Below, piece by piece: positions 1 to 10,451 of a stretch of 57,545 bases of DNA. Source of the stretch: a virus (lineage: Duplodnaviria; Caudoviricetes); the IMG/VR virus record IMGVR_UViG_3300024243_000020, positions 1 to 57,545 of that record; one strand, 5' to 3'. The notes under the pieces were generated by a model. The model was not told the DNA's origin and did not search any database. It was given only the letters and a program-made list of their open reading frames with translations. The position numbers and the translations under genes were made by a program. The first letter of the stretch is position 1, and each line of letters begins with the position of its first letter.

Positions 1-1718
1 CCACCACTTGTAACACCTAATAATATTCCATCACCAGCGGCCTGTCCTGTAACGTCATTTGATATTTTTAAATTAACAGCTGTTGTTGCAGTTGCTTCAT
101 GTAGATGTAATAACGTGTCTGGACTTGTTGTTCCAATTCCAACTCTTCCAGTATCTCTCATTATAGATATTCTTTCTGTTAAAGAATCAACACCACCTGT
201 TCCAGACTTTATAGCACCCCTATTTCCAGAAGCATTATATTCAAATGAAGCACCAGCACCCCCATCTTCTGTTAAAAAGATTTTTGAATCCTTTTCATTT
301 CCAATTCCTTGAATTTGTAAAACAGCATCAGTAGTACTTGATTGTATATGAAGAAGTTCTTGTGGTGTTGTCGTTCCAATTCCTACATTCCCATTTTCTT
401 GAATTGTTAACTCTTTAGTATTACTATCAGCATCCATACTAAAATGTAACTTTCCTGTTGCGGCCCCTGCATATGTATACGCTATTCCAGCTTTACCTTC
501 TCCACCACCAACCCGACGATTATGAAATGCTAATACTGCAGCACTCTCATCAGCCGCTTCAATTGGATTATCTAATAATAGATGTGAATTAGTCCACCAA
601 TCAGCACTATTATCTATTGAATTCTCTACTTCTAATTTAGCATTTGGTGTTGTTGTTCCAATTCCAAGATTACCATCTGAAATCCAATGATCACCTGATC
701 CTGATATTCTTATGCTACCAGAAAATTGATGAATATCATCACTTGTGTCACCAAACTTAGTTGATCCACTTGAGAACACAATTGATGCAGAAACATATTC
801 AGAATGAAACTCTTGAGCTGTTACAGTTCCTCCTACTGTTAGATCATCTACAATAGTTAAAGAATTAAATGAAGCTGAATTTGCTATATCTAAATTTGAA
901 GCTGATATTGTTCCATTTACATGAAGTTTTTCTGATGGAGTTGCTGTTCCAATTCCAACGTTTCCACCACCCATACCCAAATATACCTCATCACTTACAT
1001 AGTGATTTATGCTAGTGAATTGTGCATTTGAATCCATTATTAAATATGCACCGTAACTACTACCGCCTTTAATACTAGCATTTCCAGAAGCTCTACCAAC
1101 AGTTATAGTGTCACCAGACGCTGGATTTGCCACTTCTAATATAGTACCTGGTGTGGTTGTACCAATTCCTACATTACCACCACTATTAAAATAACTATCA
1201 GCATTAGTTCTTGAATCAATTCTAATATTTCCAAGAGAAAAATCAACACCTGTGGAAGTTGGATTAATATAAGCTTTTTCAGTCCCCGAAATTAACCACC
1301 CTTGAACTCCTTCTATACTTAAAGGTCTAGTAGGTGTTGTTGTTCCAATTCCTACATTTCCAATAAAATGACCTGAATCAAATGATCCTGTATAACCTAA
1401 TGTTCCAGATACATTTCCAGCAACGTGCAATAATGAACTTCCTGGTGCTTCACCAATTCCAACTCTACCACTTTGATTAAATGTGACATCTCCAGTTGTT
1501 CCAATTGTGCCTCTACCAAATACTAACGTTGGTGTATTTGTACCAATATTTCGCATCCACCATTGACTATTATTATTTGAATTATCAAACGATAATGTGT
1601 TATTGGATGGAAAATCAACTATACTGCTTGATACTGCAAATACAGGTGATGTGCCATGTGATATTGCATAATTTGCGCTACTACTTATTATTCCATTTTG
1701 AATTATTATTTTTGACAT
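1..1718 (-). CDS. Tail fibre protein, partial (runs off left edge)
   Basis: Not in ORF track; ATG at 1718 (MSKIIIQNGIISSSANY...), frame open to the window edge; repeated GNVGIGTTTP motifs; shares a ~95-aa block with the 2137-aa fibre. Confidence 0.85.
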   Translation of the reverse strand, partial: MSKIIIQNGIISSSANYAISHGTSPVFAVSSSIVDFPSNNTLSFDNSNNNSQWWMRNIGTNTPTLVFGRGTIGTTGDVTFNQSGRVGIGEAPGSSLLHVAGNVSGTLGYTGSFDSGHFIGNVGIGTTTPTRPLSIEGVQGWLISGTEKAYINPTSTGVDFSLGNIRIDSRTNADSYFNSGGNVGIGTTTPGTILEVANPASGDTITVGRASGNASIKGGSSYGAYLIMDSNAQFTSINHYVSDEVYLGMGGGNVGIGTATPSEKLHVNGTISASNLDIANSASFNSLTIVDDLTVGGTVTAQEFHSEYVSASIVFSSGSTKFGDTSDDIHQFSGSIRISGSGDHWISDGNLGIGTTTPNAKLEVENSIDNSADWWTNSHLLLDNPIEAADESAAVLAFHNRRVGGGEGKAGIAYTYAGAATGKLHFSMDADSNTKELTIQENGNVGIGTTTPQELLHIQSSTTDAVLQIQGIGNEKDSKIFLTEDGGAGASFEYNASGNRGAIKSGTGGVDSLTERISIMRDTGRVGIGTTSPDTLLHLHEATATTAVNLKISNDVTGQAAGDGILLGVTSG

Positions 1719-1720
1719 TC

Positions 1721-2692
1721 TTACATTCTCTCGGTTTTCTTAAATTTACAATTATCAAAGTGAAATCTATACATCACGGGTTTACCTCCACTTTTGTCAC
1801 AATGTGGACACGTAACTACTTCTTTAACTTCACCCATTTTAGAATTAGACATTTTAGCTCTAATCATATCAGCCTTTTCTTTACCAAATTTACATTCAAA
1901 AGATTTCCCTTTAAGTGATTTTGATATATTTTTTCTATGTTCATCACTAAAAATAATACCCTTTCTAGATTGACTCAATTTCTTTCTAATGATATTAGAT
2001 TTTTCTTCACCATATATGTCATTCCATGTTTGACCTTTAATATGTGATATTCGTCCTTTATGGCGTACACTTATCTTATCTTTAGATTCTTGTGATAATT
2101 TCGTTCCCAATTTAGCGATTCTAGAATTATTTTTCATTGTTTTAGCCTTTTTTTCACCATATAACTCTTCCCAATTTTTTCCCTTTTTACCATCGCTCAT
2201 TTTTTGCTTAGTTTCTTTAGTGTGTTTTCGACCCAACATACCAGAAACTTGTTTGCTTCTACCAATTCTTATTTTTTCCAAGGTTTCATCTGAATATATA
2301 TTTCTCTTACCTTTATTCCACGGTATATTACCTTTATGTGCATCACTCATTTTTTTACGTAACTCGTCTGAATATTCTATATACACACCATCACTTTTCA
2401 TATTACATAGTTTATCTAATCCAATATCTTTAATTGTCATACTTTCTAATCGTAACGCTTCACGTTCTTCTATATTTTCATGTAATTTAATATGCTTAAT
2501 ATCAATATCATTTTTTAACAATTTATTTATTTTATTAAACAAATGTCTATTATTATTAGATATTTTGCCAGATTTAGTGTGCTTAACATGATCATACATT
2601 CTATTATTTTTACCCTTACCAATATAAAACGATGTATTTGTAGATGAATCAATTAATGCATAAACATAATATATATTATTTACATTTTCCAT
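1721..2692 (-). CDS. Free-standing GIY-YIG (LEM-3-like) homing endonuclease with NUMOD3 repeats
   Basis: N-terminal YYVYALID...FYIGKG...RMYDH; repeated NUMOD3-like units (HTKETKQKMS, SDEHRKNISKS); C-terminal CPHC. Confidence 0.85.
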   Translation of the reverse strand: MENVNNIYYVYALIDSSTNTSFYIGKGKNNRMYDHVKHTKSGKISNNNRHLFNKINKLLKNDIDIKHIKLHENIEEREALRLESMTIKDIGLDKLCNMKSDGVYIEYSDELRKKMSDAHKGNIPWNKGKRNIYSDETLEKIRIGRSKQVSGMLGRKHTKETKQKMSDGKKGKNWEELYGEKKAKTMKNNSRIAKLGTKLSQESKDKISVRHKGRISHIKGQTWNDIYGEEKSNIIRKKLSQSRKGIIFSDEHRKNISKSLKGKSFECKFGKEKADMIRAKMSNSKMGEVKEVVTCPHCDKSGGKPVMYRFHFDNCKFKKTERM

Positions 2693-5600
2693 ATCATAGC
2701 CTTCAATAAATATTTATCACCATTACCATCTTCTAATGCTTGACCAATTATCTTTCCATGTAAATTTCTATTAAAAAGTCCAAATCGCTTTCCAGCTTTC
2801 ATACCACATCCAATTTTATCTGATGAAACTATATAGTCGCCCTCAGATATTTTACCAGTAATTAATATTTTTTCTGCTCCTTGAATCATCGGCTCATCTT
2901 TCCCATGCTTGACAATACCCATTACTCTATTGTCATATTCTTTATCACATGGTTGTAATTTATTATCTCTCCATATCACAACTGTTCCTGTTGGATTTGT
3001 TCCTATTTCTTTTGTTCTTAATCCTACTTCAAATACACCACCAGTTGTTGTTTGTACTGAATGAACATCTTTCCATCTATATGTTGTTGAACCTAAATTA
3101 TATGTATCATCTGCTGATGGTAATATATCTCCTGAGAATGATGCTGATGATGCTATCTCAATACTTGATGCTGATATATTTCCATTCACATGTAATTTAG
3201 TTTGTGGTGTTGTTGTGTTTATTCCAACATCACCAGCTGATGTCATTCTAACGATTTCACCATTAACATTGAACTCCATATAATCACCAGATTGTGTATT
3301 TAATACTATTTGTGATCTATTTGCTAATCCAATATATCTTTGATTATATCCAGAGCCACCAATATATAAATCATTTTGATTATCAAATTTCATCATATCA
3401 AAAACAGTACCTAGTGAGTTTACACCTTTGATACTTTGATTATTATCTAATAGAATGTCACCTGCAACATGTAATGATGCTGATGGTGTTGTTGTTCCAA
3501 TTCCAACATTTCCATCTTGTTGTATTATTACTCGATTAGCTAAAGTTGTACCAACATCATTTAATGTAGAAAAATAAAATTTACCACCAGATGTTGACAA
3601 TCTCCAATTCTCATCGGCACTACCATCAGTTTCCATAAACTGAACGTTTGGTTGTGTACTACTCAATTCAAACATACCTGTTGGATTTGTTGTTCCTACT
3701 CCCACATTTCCATTGAAATATCCCATTCCAAATGATCCTGTTGATGAATATGATTGGGATATATTTCCAGCCACTGTCAATGTTTCGACTGGTGTTGTTG
3801 TTCCGATTCCTACATTTCCACCACTCGTTGGAACTAAAGATACGTGGCTTGTTCCTTGAGGACTTGCTAATAAAATATTTCCCCCAGATTCAGCTAAAGC
3901 TAATTCATATGTTCCACCAACAACACCTGTTAACACAGTTCCTAAAGTACTATCAGTGTAAAGTTGACCAATATTTGAAGCAAAAGAATCTGTTCCAAAT
4001 CGTATTCCACCATTTACTTCTAATGATGCTGATGGTGTTGTTGTACCAATTCCAACATTTCCAGATGTATCTACAACGAAATCAGCATTATTATTTGTTC
4101 TTCCAATTTTAAATATGTCTGCTGGTGTTGAATCAACGCCTATTTCAAAATTAAGTGATCCAGCCGTTTTAAATTGAATCTTTGCATCTGCTCCTGATAT
4201 ACCTTTATCTAATATTAAGTTTGTGCTACTTGCACTTGAACTTATTTGTGTTGTTACACCACCAACTGAAGTTGAAAATGATGAATGTCCACCAGCTCCA
4301 CTTGACAATTCAAATAAGGCTGATGGTGTTGTTGTTCCAATTCCAACATATCCAGTTGTGGCTTTTACGGTCAATCTATCACTATTATCAGTTCTTAAAC
4401 TCATATCATGAGCTGTCATTGCTCCAGCGAATGCTTCACCTAAAGTACTTGTACCCATAACAAATTCAATATTATTTGTTACATCTCTACCCATGAAATA
4501 TGCACCACCATCACCTTGAACTGATACCATTCTTTTATTGGCTGATGTCCCTGTTGTTGATTCTTCATAAGTCACACCATTTTCTACAAATAATCCTGCA
4601 AATATGCCAGAGGTAGATGATCCTACAACATGTAATGATCCAGTTGGTGATGATGTACCAATTCCAACTCTACTTTGAACCACTAAACTATTTGATGAGC
4701 TTGGTTGTAATGGTGTATATGAACCACCAATAGCAACACTACTATTTGAATGTATTCCCATTGCATATGCACCAGCATAAAATCTCATAAAGTTATTGCC
4801 ACCAGTATATACATTTTGTATAAATGATTGTACACCACCAGTTGTTGAATTTGATAATCTTATTATTGGATTTGATGAGCTTATATGTAAATCATCTGAT
4901 GGTGATGTTGTTCCAATTCCTACATTTCCTGATGAATCAATTCTAACCCGTTCTGTTCCAGCTGTTGCAAATCTTAATGCTTGTGATTCTCTTAACCATA
5001 ATCCACCTGTACCAGACGCATCTACAAATACTGTCATACCATCTGTTGAACCACTACCCTGTCCATTTGATGTAATATGTAAATCAGTTTGTCCTGCTGA
5101 ATCTAAATGTAATAATCTAGCTGGATTATCTGTACCAATTCCTACAAGTCCTGATGAATCAATTCTCATTCGTTCTGTGCCTGATGTTGAAAAACCAATA
5201 TTTACAGCACTTGGGAAATACATTCCAATATTTCCATTTCCTGAATATGAGTATGAATTACCAGCAACGGTTCCAACTCCTGCTTTAAATTGATTTCCAA
5301 AAATAGTGCTAGTAGCACGTATAGTTCCAGTGATGTCTAAATTAAAAGCTGGACTTACTGTACCAATTCCCACGTTTCCACCACCTACAATCCAATGATC
5401 TCCTGATCCACTTACTCTTAATGAACCACTTATGCTTGTTATGTCTGTTGATGCATTTCCTAAATATGAATTACCATTTACTGTTAAATCATTTGTTATT
5501 GATATTGAATCATATGATGCTGAACCAGCAATGTCTAAATTTGAAGCAGATATTGTACCATTTACATGAAGTTTAGCTTGTGGTGATGTTGTGTTTATTC

Positions 5601-8600
5601 CAATGTCACCATCAGATTCAATAAATAATCTTGTATTTGCACCATCTGTTTGAAGTGCTATTCTTTTTCCTGATGATCCTTGCATATATGCATTACTTGA
5701 TCCATCATAACCAAATATTGCTCTTTGTCCAGTAAAAGATATTGTATTTGTTTCACTAGCTCCACCACCATTATTAACCCAAATATCATCACCTGCATAA
5801 ACATCATCTGTTGCTCTTAAATCATCACTTGCTTGTATAGTACCACTTACATCTAATTCATATGCTGGTGTTGCTGTTCCAATTCCTACATAACCAGATG
5901 CTGAAACTGTCATTCTTGTATCATCACCAACTCTAAATTTCATAAAATCATCATGTCTGTGATAAATCTGACCACTATTTAAATCACCAGTTGTTCCAAA
6001 ATTAATATATGAATCAAATGTTCCACCTGTACCTGTTAATTGAATTACACCACTAGTTCCTTCAATATCTAATAATTCGGCTGGTGTTGCTGTGCCAATT
6101 CCAACATTTCCATTACCTTGAACCGTCATTTTTATATTATCATCATCTTGTGAAACTTTTGTTGCAAAATGTATATCACCCGCATCATTATTATATTCAT
6201 TTCCTATGAATACTTCACCAGTTCCTGCATTTTCCCATATTGCCAATCCTTGTATAGAGCCAGCTGATACTCTAAAATAATCAGTTTCACTATTTAACCA
6301 ATTTGATCGAATATCACTTCTTACATGTAATGATGAAGATGGTGATACAGTTCCAATTCCTACATATCCATTTACATCTAATACTACTCTATGTAAAACA
6401 TCATCTGATCCAAAAGATAAAGCCCTATCTGTTTCACCACGAAATGTCAATGCTCGCTGACCATTACCCATGTTACCAGTCCAGCTTAATTTACCTTCAC
6501 TACCATTTCCAAATGATAATGTATCACCAAAGTCTCCTGTACCATCTACTTCTAATTTATATGATGGTGTTGTTGTGCCAATTCCTACATTTCCTGAAGA
6601 TAATATTGTTAAATTAGTTGCAGATATTGTATTTGCAAAACCTACATTTGCAGTTGATCCATTAGTAGCAACATATAAACTATCACTATTATCTTTTATT
6701 TCAAGTCCACAATAACCATCAGATGATTCTATTCTAACTGGGAAATCACTTGCATTATATACGTGAAGTGGAGCACTTGGTTCTACACCAATTCCAACTT
6801 GTTGTGATGAATTAATTATCACTGCCTCAGTTGCACCACTCGTATAGAATTTTAAATTACTACTACCATTTGTTGATAATATTCTTGATGATAATATTCC
6901 ATCAGCATAAAAATCTAAATTTGGATTTGCTGATGAATCTAATATTAATTCACTATCACCAGTACCACCAGAGATATGTAATAATCCACTAGGTAATGTT
7001 GTTCCAATTCCTACATTTCCTGAATTTAAATAAGTATATGTCGTTCCTGATTTTTCAGATGAGATTTGATTGACAATTGCACCATCACTATCTAACAATC
7101 TCCAAGTTGCACCGTCATCATCATCATTCCAAACTCGTAAAATATTGTTTCCAGCTGAATTCTTTAAAGTAAATAGTTGTTCATCACCTGAAGATTTCAC
7201 ATCTAATACTGAATCTGGACTTGTTGTTCCAATTCCTACATTTCCATCACTCCCTTGAACAAACAATGCACCATCTCCACCAGCCGTATCGACTTGAAAA
7301 TCAACATCAGCATTATCCCAATTAAAATGAATTATATTCTGTGTAGTTTCATCCAACTTTAAAAAATTAACAGCACCCGCTCTAAATTGCATTTCATCAG
7401 CAAGATAACGTAAATACGTATCTGTATCACCATTATGATATAAATATTGATCTAATCCAATATCTCCTGCAACATCTAAAGCATATGTAGGTGTTGTCGT
7501 ACCAATTCCTACATTACCATTTGAAATCCAATGATCACCTGATCCAGTTACTCTTAATGATCCACTAAACTGATGAATATCATCACTTGTATCTCCAAAT
7601 TTAGTACTACCACTTGAAAAGATTATTGATGAGGATACAAACTCTGTATGGAATTCTTGAGCAGTTACAGTTCCACCTACATCTAAATCATTTGTTATTG
7701 ATAAAGATGAATATGAAGCTGAACCTGCAATATCTAAATTGGATGCTGAAATTGTACCATTTACATGCAATCTTGCTTGTGGTATTTTTGTATTTATTCC
7801 AATTGAATTATCTGTACTAATCCATATTCCTGTTGGATTATTAGCTACTGGTAAATAACTCTGCATATGCCAACCATATTGACCATCAGTATTCAATCCA
7901 ATATCCAACTCACCAATATATTTGCCACCATCCAAGAACATTGAAAATTTATCAGGATATAATATCGACTTATTTACACCAGTAACGGTTTTATAATATG
8001 TAGTTGATGCTACCGATCCAGATAATATAATAAATGAGTTGTTTCCAAATTGATTCATTTCAATCAAATCTGTTGATTTATTATCTTGAGTGAAACTTAA
8101 TACATTTTTATCATTTTCGTATTTTATTTCAATTCTTTTTCCACCAGCAGATGTATTATGACCTACAAACAATGATCCAGTTAATAAATTATCTTCTTTT
8201 TCAATTACTAATGGTGCTCCTGCAAATGCTACATTTGAAGATGTTATTTGAACATCAATATCATTTAATTTTGTATAATCTTGAGCATATTCATTTAATT
8301 TATTTAAGAATCTTAATTTGAATACAACATCACCAGTTCTTCTTAATAATTGTGGCATTGGTATTGCCTGATTGTCTGATATTGGATTTAATCCCGATTG
8401 TGTGCTTGCTGATACTTCATATACTGAGCTTGATAATGGATATGTAGTAATAACAGTATATTCATTATTTATTGCTCTACCTTCATTATATGATAATTCA
8501 ATAAACTCTACTTTACCACCATATGTTTCTAAATGACTCGCACTTACATGAACATAACTTCTTTTATAATTATCATTATCTGTATCTAAATCGATACTTT

Positions 8601-9093
8601 CTGAAAAGCTCGCACTTAATTGAATTGCTGGTACATCTTTGAATACAATTTCTGATGTATTTGGTAATGATTTTCTAACTTCAATTGGAGCTGTTAATCT
8701 TACATTATAATTACCAACCCATTTATTTGGTACATTTTCTAATTCACCTACAACTGATAATGTTCCTAATCCATTTACTATTTGGTTGTGCGTTGATAAT
8801 GGATTTTCTTTAACCCACACATAACACATAACAACACCATCTATTTCATTATATGATGTTATATCAGAGAATATTACAGTGCCATTCGCATCTTTAAATT
8901 CGAATATTACCGTGCTACTGTCTTTTAGTATAAATTCAGTATCTGGATTGTTTATTGATATTTTAAAATGATGTTTACCGTATGTTAAGAAATTAGGTAA
9001 TTCTTCAATGATAAAATATTGAGGATTGCTAGCATCTTCTTCATGAAGTACTTGTATTGCATCTAAATTTAATATTTGTGGATATTCTGGCAT
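2680..9093 (-). CDS. Long tail fibre / receptor-binding protein with probable C-terminal chaperone (autocleavage) domain
   Basis: About 20 G(N/Y/D)VGI(G/N)TxxP repeats; C-terminal YNLGSTTYRWKDV, VMGIV...EGDYIVSS...GKIIGQALED. Confidence 0.8.
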   Translation of the reverse strand: MPEYPQILNLDAIQVLHEEDASNPQYFIIEELPNFLTYGKHHFKISINNPDTEFILKDSSTVIFEFKDANGTVIFSDITSYNEIDGVVMCYVWVKENPLSTHNQIVNGLGTLSVVGELENVPNKWVGNYNVRLTAPIEVRKSLPNTSEIVFKDVPAIQLSASFSESIDLDTDNDNYKRSYVHVSASHLETYGGKVEFIELSYNEGRAINNEYTVITTYPLSSSVYEVSASTQSGLNPISDNQAIPMPQLLRRTGDVVFKLRFLNKLNEYAQDYTKLNDIDVQITSSNVAFAGAPLVIEKEDNLLTGSLFVGHNTSAGGKRIEIKYENDKNVLSFTQDNKSTDLIEMNQFGNNSFIILSGSVASTTYYKTVTGVNKSILYPDKFSMFLDGGKYIGELDIGLNTDGQYGWHMQSYLPVANNPTGIWISTDNSIGINTKIPQARLHVNGTISASNLDIAGSASYSSLSITNDLDVGGTVTAQEFHTEFVSSSIIFSSGSTKFGDTSDDIHQFSGSLRVTGSGDHWISNGNVGIGTTTPTYALDVAGDIGLDQYLYHNGDTDTYLRYLADEMQFRAGAVNFLKLDETTQNIIHFNWDNADVDFQVDTAGGDGALFVQGSDGNVGIGTTSPDSVLDVKSSGDEQLFTLKNSAGNNILRVWNDDDDGATWRLLDSDGAIVNQISSEKSGTTYTYLNSGNVGIGTTLPSGLLHISGGTGDSELILDSSANPNLDFYADGILSSRILSTNGSSNLKFYTSGATEAVIINSSQQVGIGVEPSAPLHVYNASDFPVRIESSDGYCGLEIKDNSDSLYVATNGSTANVGFANTISATNLTILSSGNVGIGTTTPSYKLEVDGTGDFGDTLSFGNGSEGKLSWTGNMGNGQRALTFRGETDRALSFGSDDVLHRVVLDVNGYVGIGTVSPSSSLHVRSDIRSNWLNSETDYFRVSAGSIQGLAIWENAGTGEVFIGNEYNNDAGDIHFATKVSQDDDNIKMTVQGNGNVGIGTATPAELLDIEGTSGVIQLTGTGGTFDSYINFGTTGDLNSGQIYHRHDDFMKFRVGDDTRMTVSASGYVGIGTATPAYELDVSGTIQASDDLRATDDVYAGDDIWVNNGGGASETNTISFTGQRAIFGYDGSSNAYMQGSSGKRIALQTDGANTRLFIESDGDIGINTTSPQAKLHVNGTISASNLDIAGSASYDSISITNDLTVNGNSYLGNASTDITSISGSLRVSGSGDHWIVGGGNVGIGTVSPAFNLDITGTIRATSTIFGNQFKAGVGTVAGNSYSYSGNGNIGMYFPSAVNIGFSTSGTERMRIDSSGLVGIGTDNPARLLHLDSAGQTDLHITSNGQGSGSTDGMTVFVDASGTGGLWLRESQALRFATAGTERVRIDSSGNVGIGTTSPSDDLHISSSNPIIRLSNSTTGGVQSFIQNVYTGGNNFMRFYAGAYAMGIHSNSSVAIGGSYTPLQPSSSNSLVVQSRVGIGTSSPTGSLHVVGSSTSGIFAGLFVENGVTYEESTTGTSANKRMVSVQGDGGAYFMGRDVTNNIEFVMGTSTLGEAFAGAMTAHDMSLRTDNSDRLTVKATTGYVGIGTTTPSALFELSSGAGGHSSFSTSVGGVTTQISSSASSTNLILDKGISGADAKIQFKTAGSLNFEIGVDSTPADIFKIGRTNNNADFVVDTSGNVGIGTTTPSASLEVNGGIRFGTDSFASNIGQLYTDSTLGTVLTGVVGGTYELALAESGGNILLASPQGTSHVSLVPTSGGNVGIGTTTPVETLTVAGNISQSYSSTGSFGMGYFNGNVGVGTTNPTGMFELSSTQPNVQFMETDGSADENWRLSTSGGKFYFSTLNDVGTTLANRVIIQQDGNVGIGTTTPSASLHVAGDILLDNNQSIKGVNSLGTVFDMMKFDNQNDLYIGGSGYNQRYIGLANRSQIVLNTQSGDYMEFNVNGEIVRMTSAGDVGINTTTPQTKLHVNGNISASSIEIASSASFSGDILPSADDTYNLGSTTYRWKDVHSVQTTTGGVFEVGLRTKEIGTNPTGTVVIWRDNKLQPCDKEYDNRVMGIVKHGKDEPMIQGAEKILITGKISEGDYIVSSDKIGCGMKAGKRFGLFNRNLHGKIIGQALEDGNGDKYLLKAMIWKM

Positions 9094-9213
9094 TTAATTT
9101 CTTTCTTCTCTGGTTATATAAAGAAAAATCTTTATATATATAAATATTTGTAATAAAGAATTTAAAGTGAAATAAGTGTTTTATCATGTATATATTATGT
9201 ATTATATTATCAC

Positions 9214-9495
9214 ATGAAATATTATGCAACATCAACGCCAAAAGATGAGAAGTTTGTTCTTACGAAGGATACATGTGTATTGGTTTCTAGTGATTCATTT
9301 AATGGTATATATGAAATGAGTTGGGAGCCAATTGAGCATCTTATTGAAAACCTTACAATAATTGAAGATTATATAGCATTTGATTCTATATATGATGCTA
9401 AAATGTGTGTTAAATACATATCCACTATACATTCACTTAAAAACTTTACGACCAATATTATTTCTGAAGCTGAAATATTGGCGGTTATATTATGA
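9214..9495 (+). CDS. Small paralog, MKYY...ExExxAxxL family
   Basis: MKYY start, FDSIYDA core, ISEAEILAVIL end; ATGA overlap with next gene. Confidence 0.75.
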   Translation: MKYYATSTPKDEKFVLTKDTCVLVSSDSFNGIYEMSWEPIEHLIENLTIIEDYIAFDSIYDAKMCVKYISTIHSLKNFTTNIISEAEILAVIL

Positions 9496-9773
9496 AACAA
9501 TATTTTATTATAGATGATACTTACGATTATATATTGGGAAGTTTAGATGGTGATGAAGCAAGAGAGTTTTATTATATGTATTTTGACGATATAGATATTG
9601 ACGCTATCGATATAAAACAATCCGATAGATTAGAGGGTGATATTGCATCTTTCGGGTCTATGATTGCATGTGAGAATATTATTCAATATGTAATAAAACC
9701 AAAGACTTCAATTAATTGGATAATAATATCTGGTGAAGATTTAAAAGCATATATAATAGCATTGAAATTATGA
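9492..9773 (+). CDS. Small paralog, same family
   Basis: MKQYFIID start, FGSMIAC core, ISGEDLKAYIIALKL end. Confidence 0.75.
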   Translation: MKQYFIIDDTYDYILGSLDGDEAREFYYMYFDDIDIDAIDIKQSDRLEGDIASFGSMIACENIIQYVIKPKTSINWIIISGEDLKAYIIALKL

Positions 9774-9994
9774 GTCGTTATTATATAGTATTTAAATCAT
9801 ATTTATACCTAAAAGATATTATATATATATCTACTAGTACAGAAACAGGAATAACAAGAGATATATCATTAGCACGAAGTTTTGATACCAAAGATGATGC
9901 AATTGAATATATTGATGATAGTACTAATAATATGGCATTACCATCAGCATGGCTTGTACTAACAGAACTAGAATTGGTGGTATATGCATTATGA
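9770..9994 (+). CDS. Small paralog, same family
   Basis: MSRYYIV start, FDTKDDA core, LTELELVVYAL end. Confidence 0.75.
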   Translation: MSRYYIVFKSYLYLKDIIYISTSTETGITRDISLARSFDTKDDAIEYIDDSTNNMALPSAWLVLTELELVVYAL

Positions 9995-10218
9995 AATTTT
10001 ATATTAAATATATACATCACGTTGAATTACGCTCATATCTCAAACGTACAGAAAGTGATGCCTCAGATTTAACACAAAATGTCAATGAAGCAATTAGTTT
10101 TAAATCAATACTTGATGCTGAGAATTATTTAATCAAGCATAATTATCGATCTAAGCATTTTAAGCATGATGATTTTAAAATTATGTCTGAGATTGAAGTT
10201 GTCATTGATCAATTATGA
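9991..10218 (+). CDS. Small paralog, same family (start moved to ATG 9991)
   Basis: MKFYIK start via ATGA overlap; close duplicate of 10215..10451. Confidence 0.75.
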   Translation: MKFYIKYIHHVELRSYLKRTESDASDLTQNVNEAISFKSILDAENYLIKHNYRSKHFKHDDFKIMSEIEVVIDQL

Positions 10219-10451
10219 AATTTTATATTAAATTTTACCCCCCTCGTAGTAACAATTCAAATGCATATCTTATGTTCAGAGTTAATAGATACAATTCAGA
10301 TTTAACACGAAATGTTAATAAAGCACTCAATTTTAAATCAACACTCGAAGCTGAAAATTATCTTGTTAAACATAATTACCGTTCTAAGATATTTAAATCG
10401 AGTACTTTTAAAATCATGTCTGAAGTTGAAGTTGTTATTGATCAATTATAG
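10215..10451 (+). CDS. Small paralog, same family
   Basis: MKFYIK...FKSTLEAENYL...IMSEVEVVIDQL. Confidence 0.75.
   Translation: MKFYIKFYPPRSNNSNAYLMFRVNRYNSDLTRNVNKALNFKSTLEAENYLVKHNYRSKIFKSSTFKIMSEVEVVIDQL

Noticed and set aside
1721-2692. Group I intron splitting one fibre gene
   Set aside because: Both flanking genes have their own complete ends and there is no non-coding space for a ribozyme core
1-9093. Diversity-generating retroelement acting on tail fibres
   Set aside because: No reverse transcriptase in the window; both repeat copies are coding and differences look mostly synonymous, not adenine-specific
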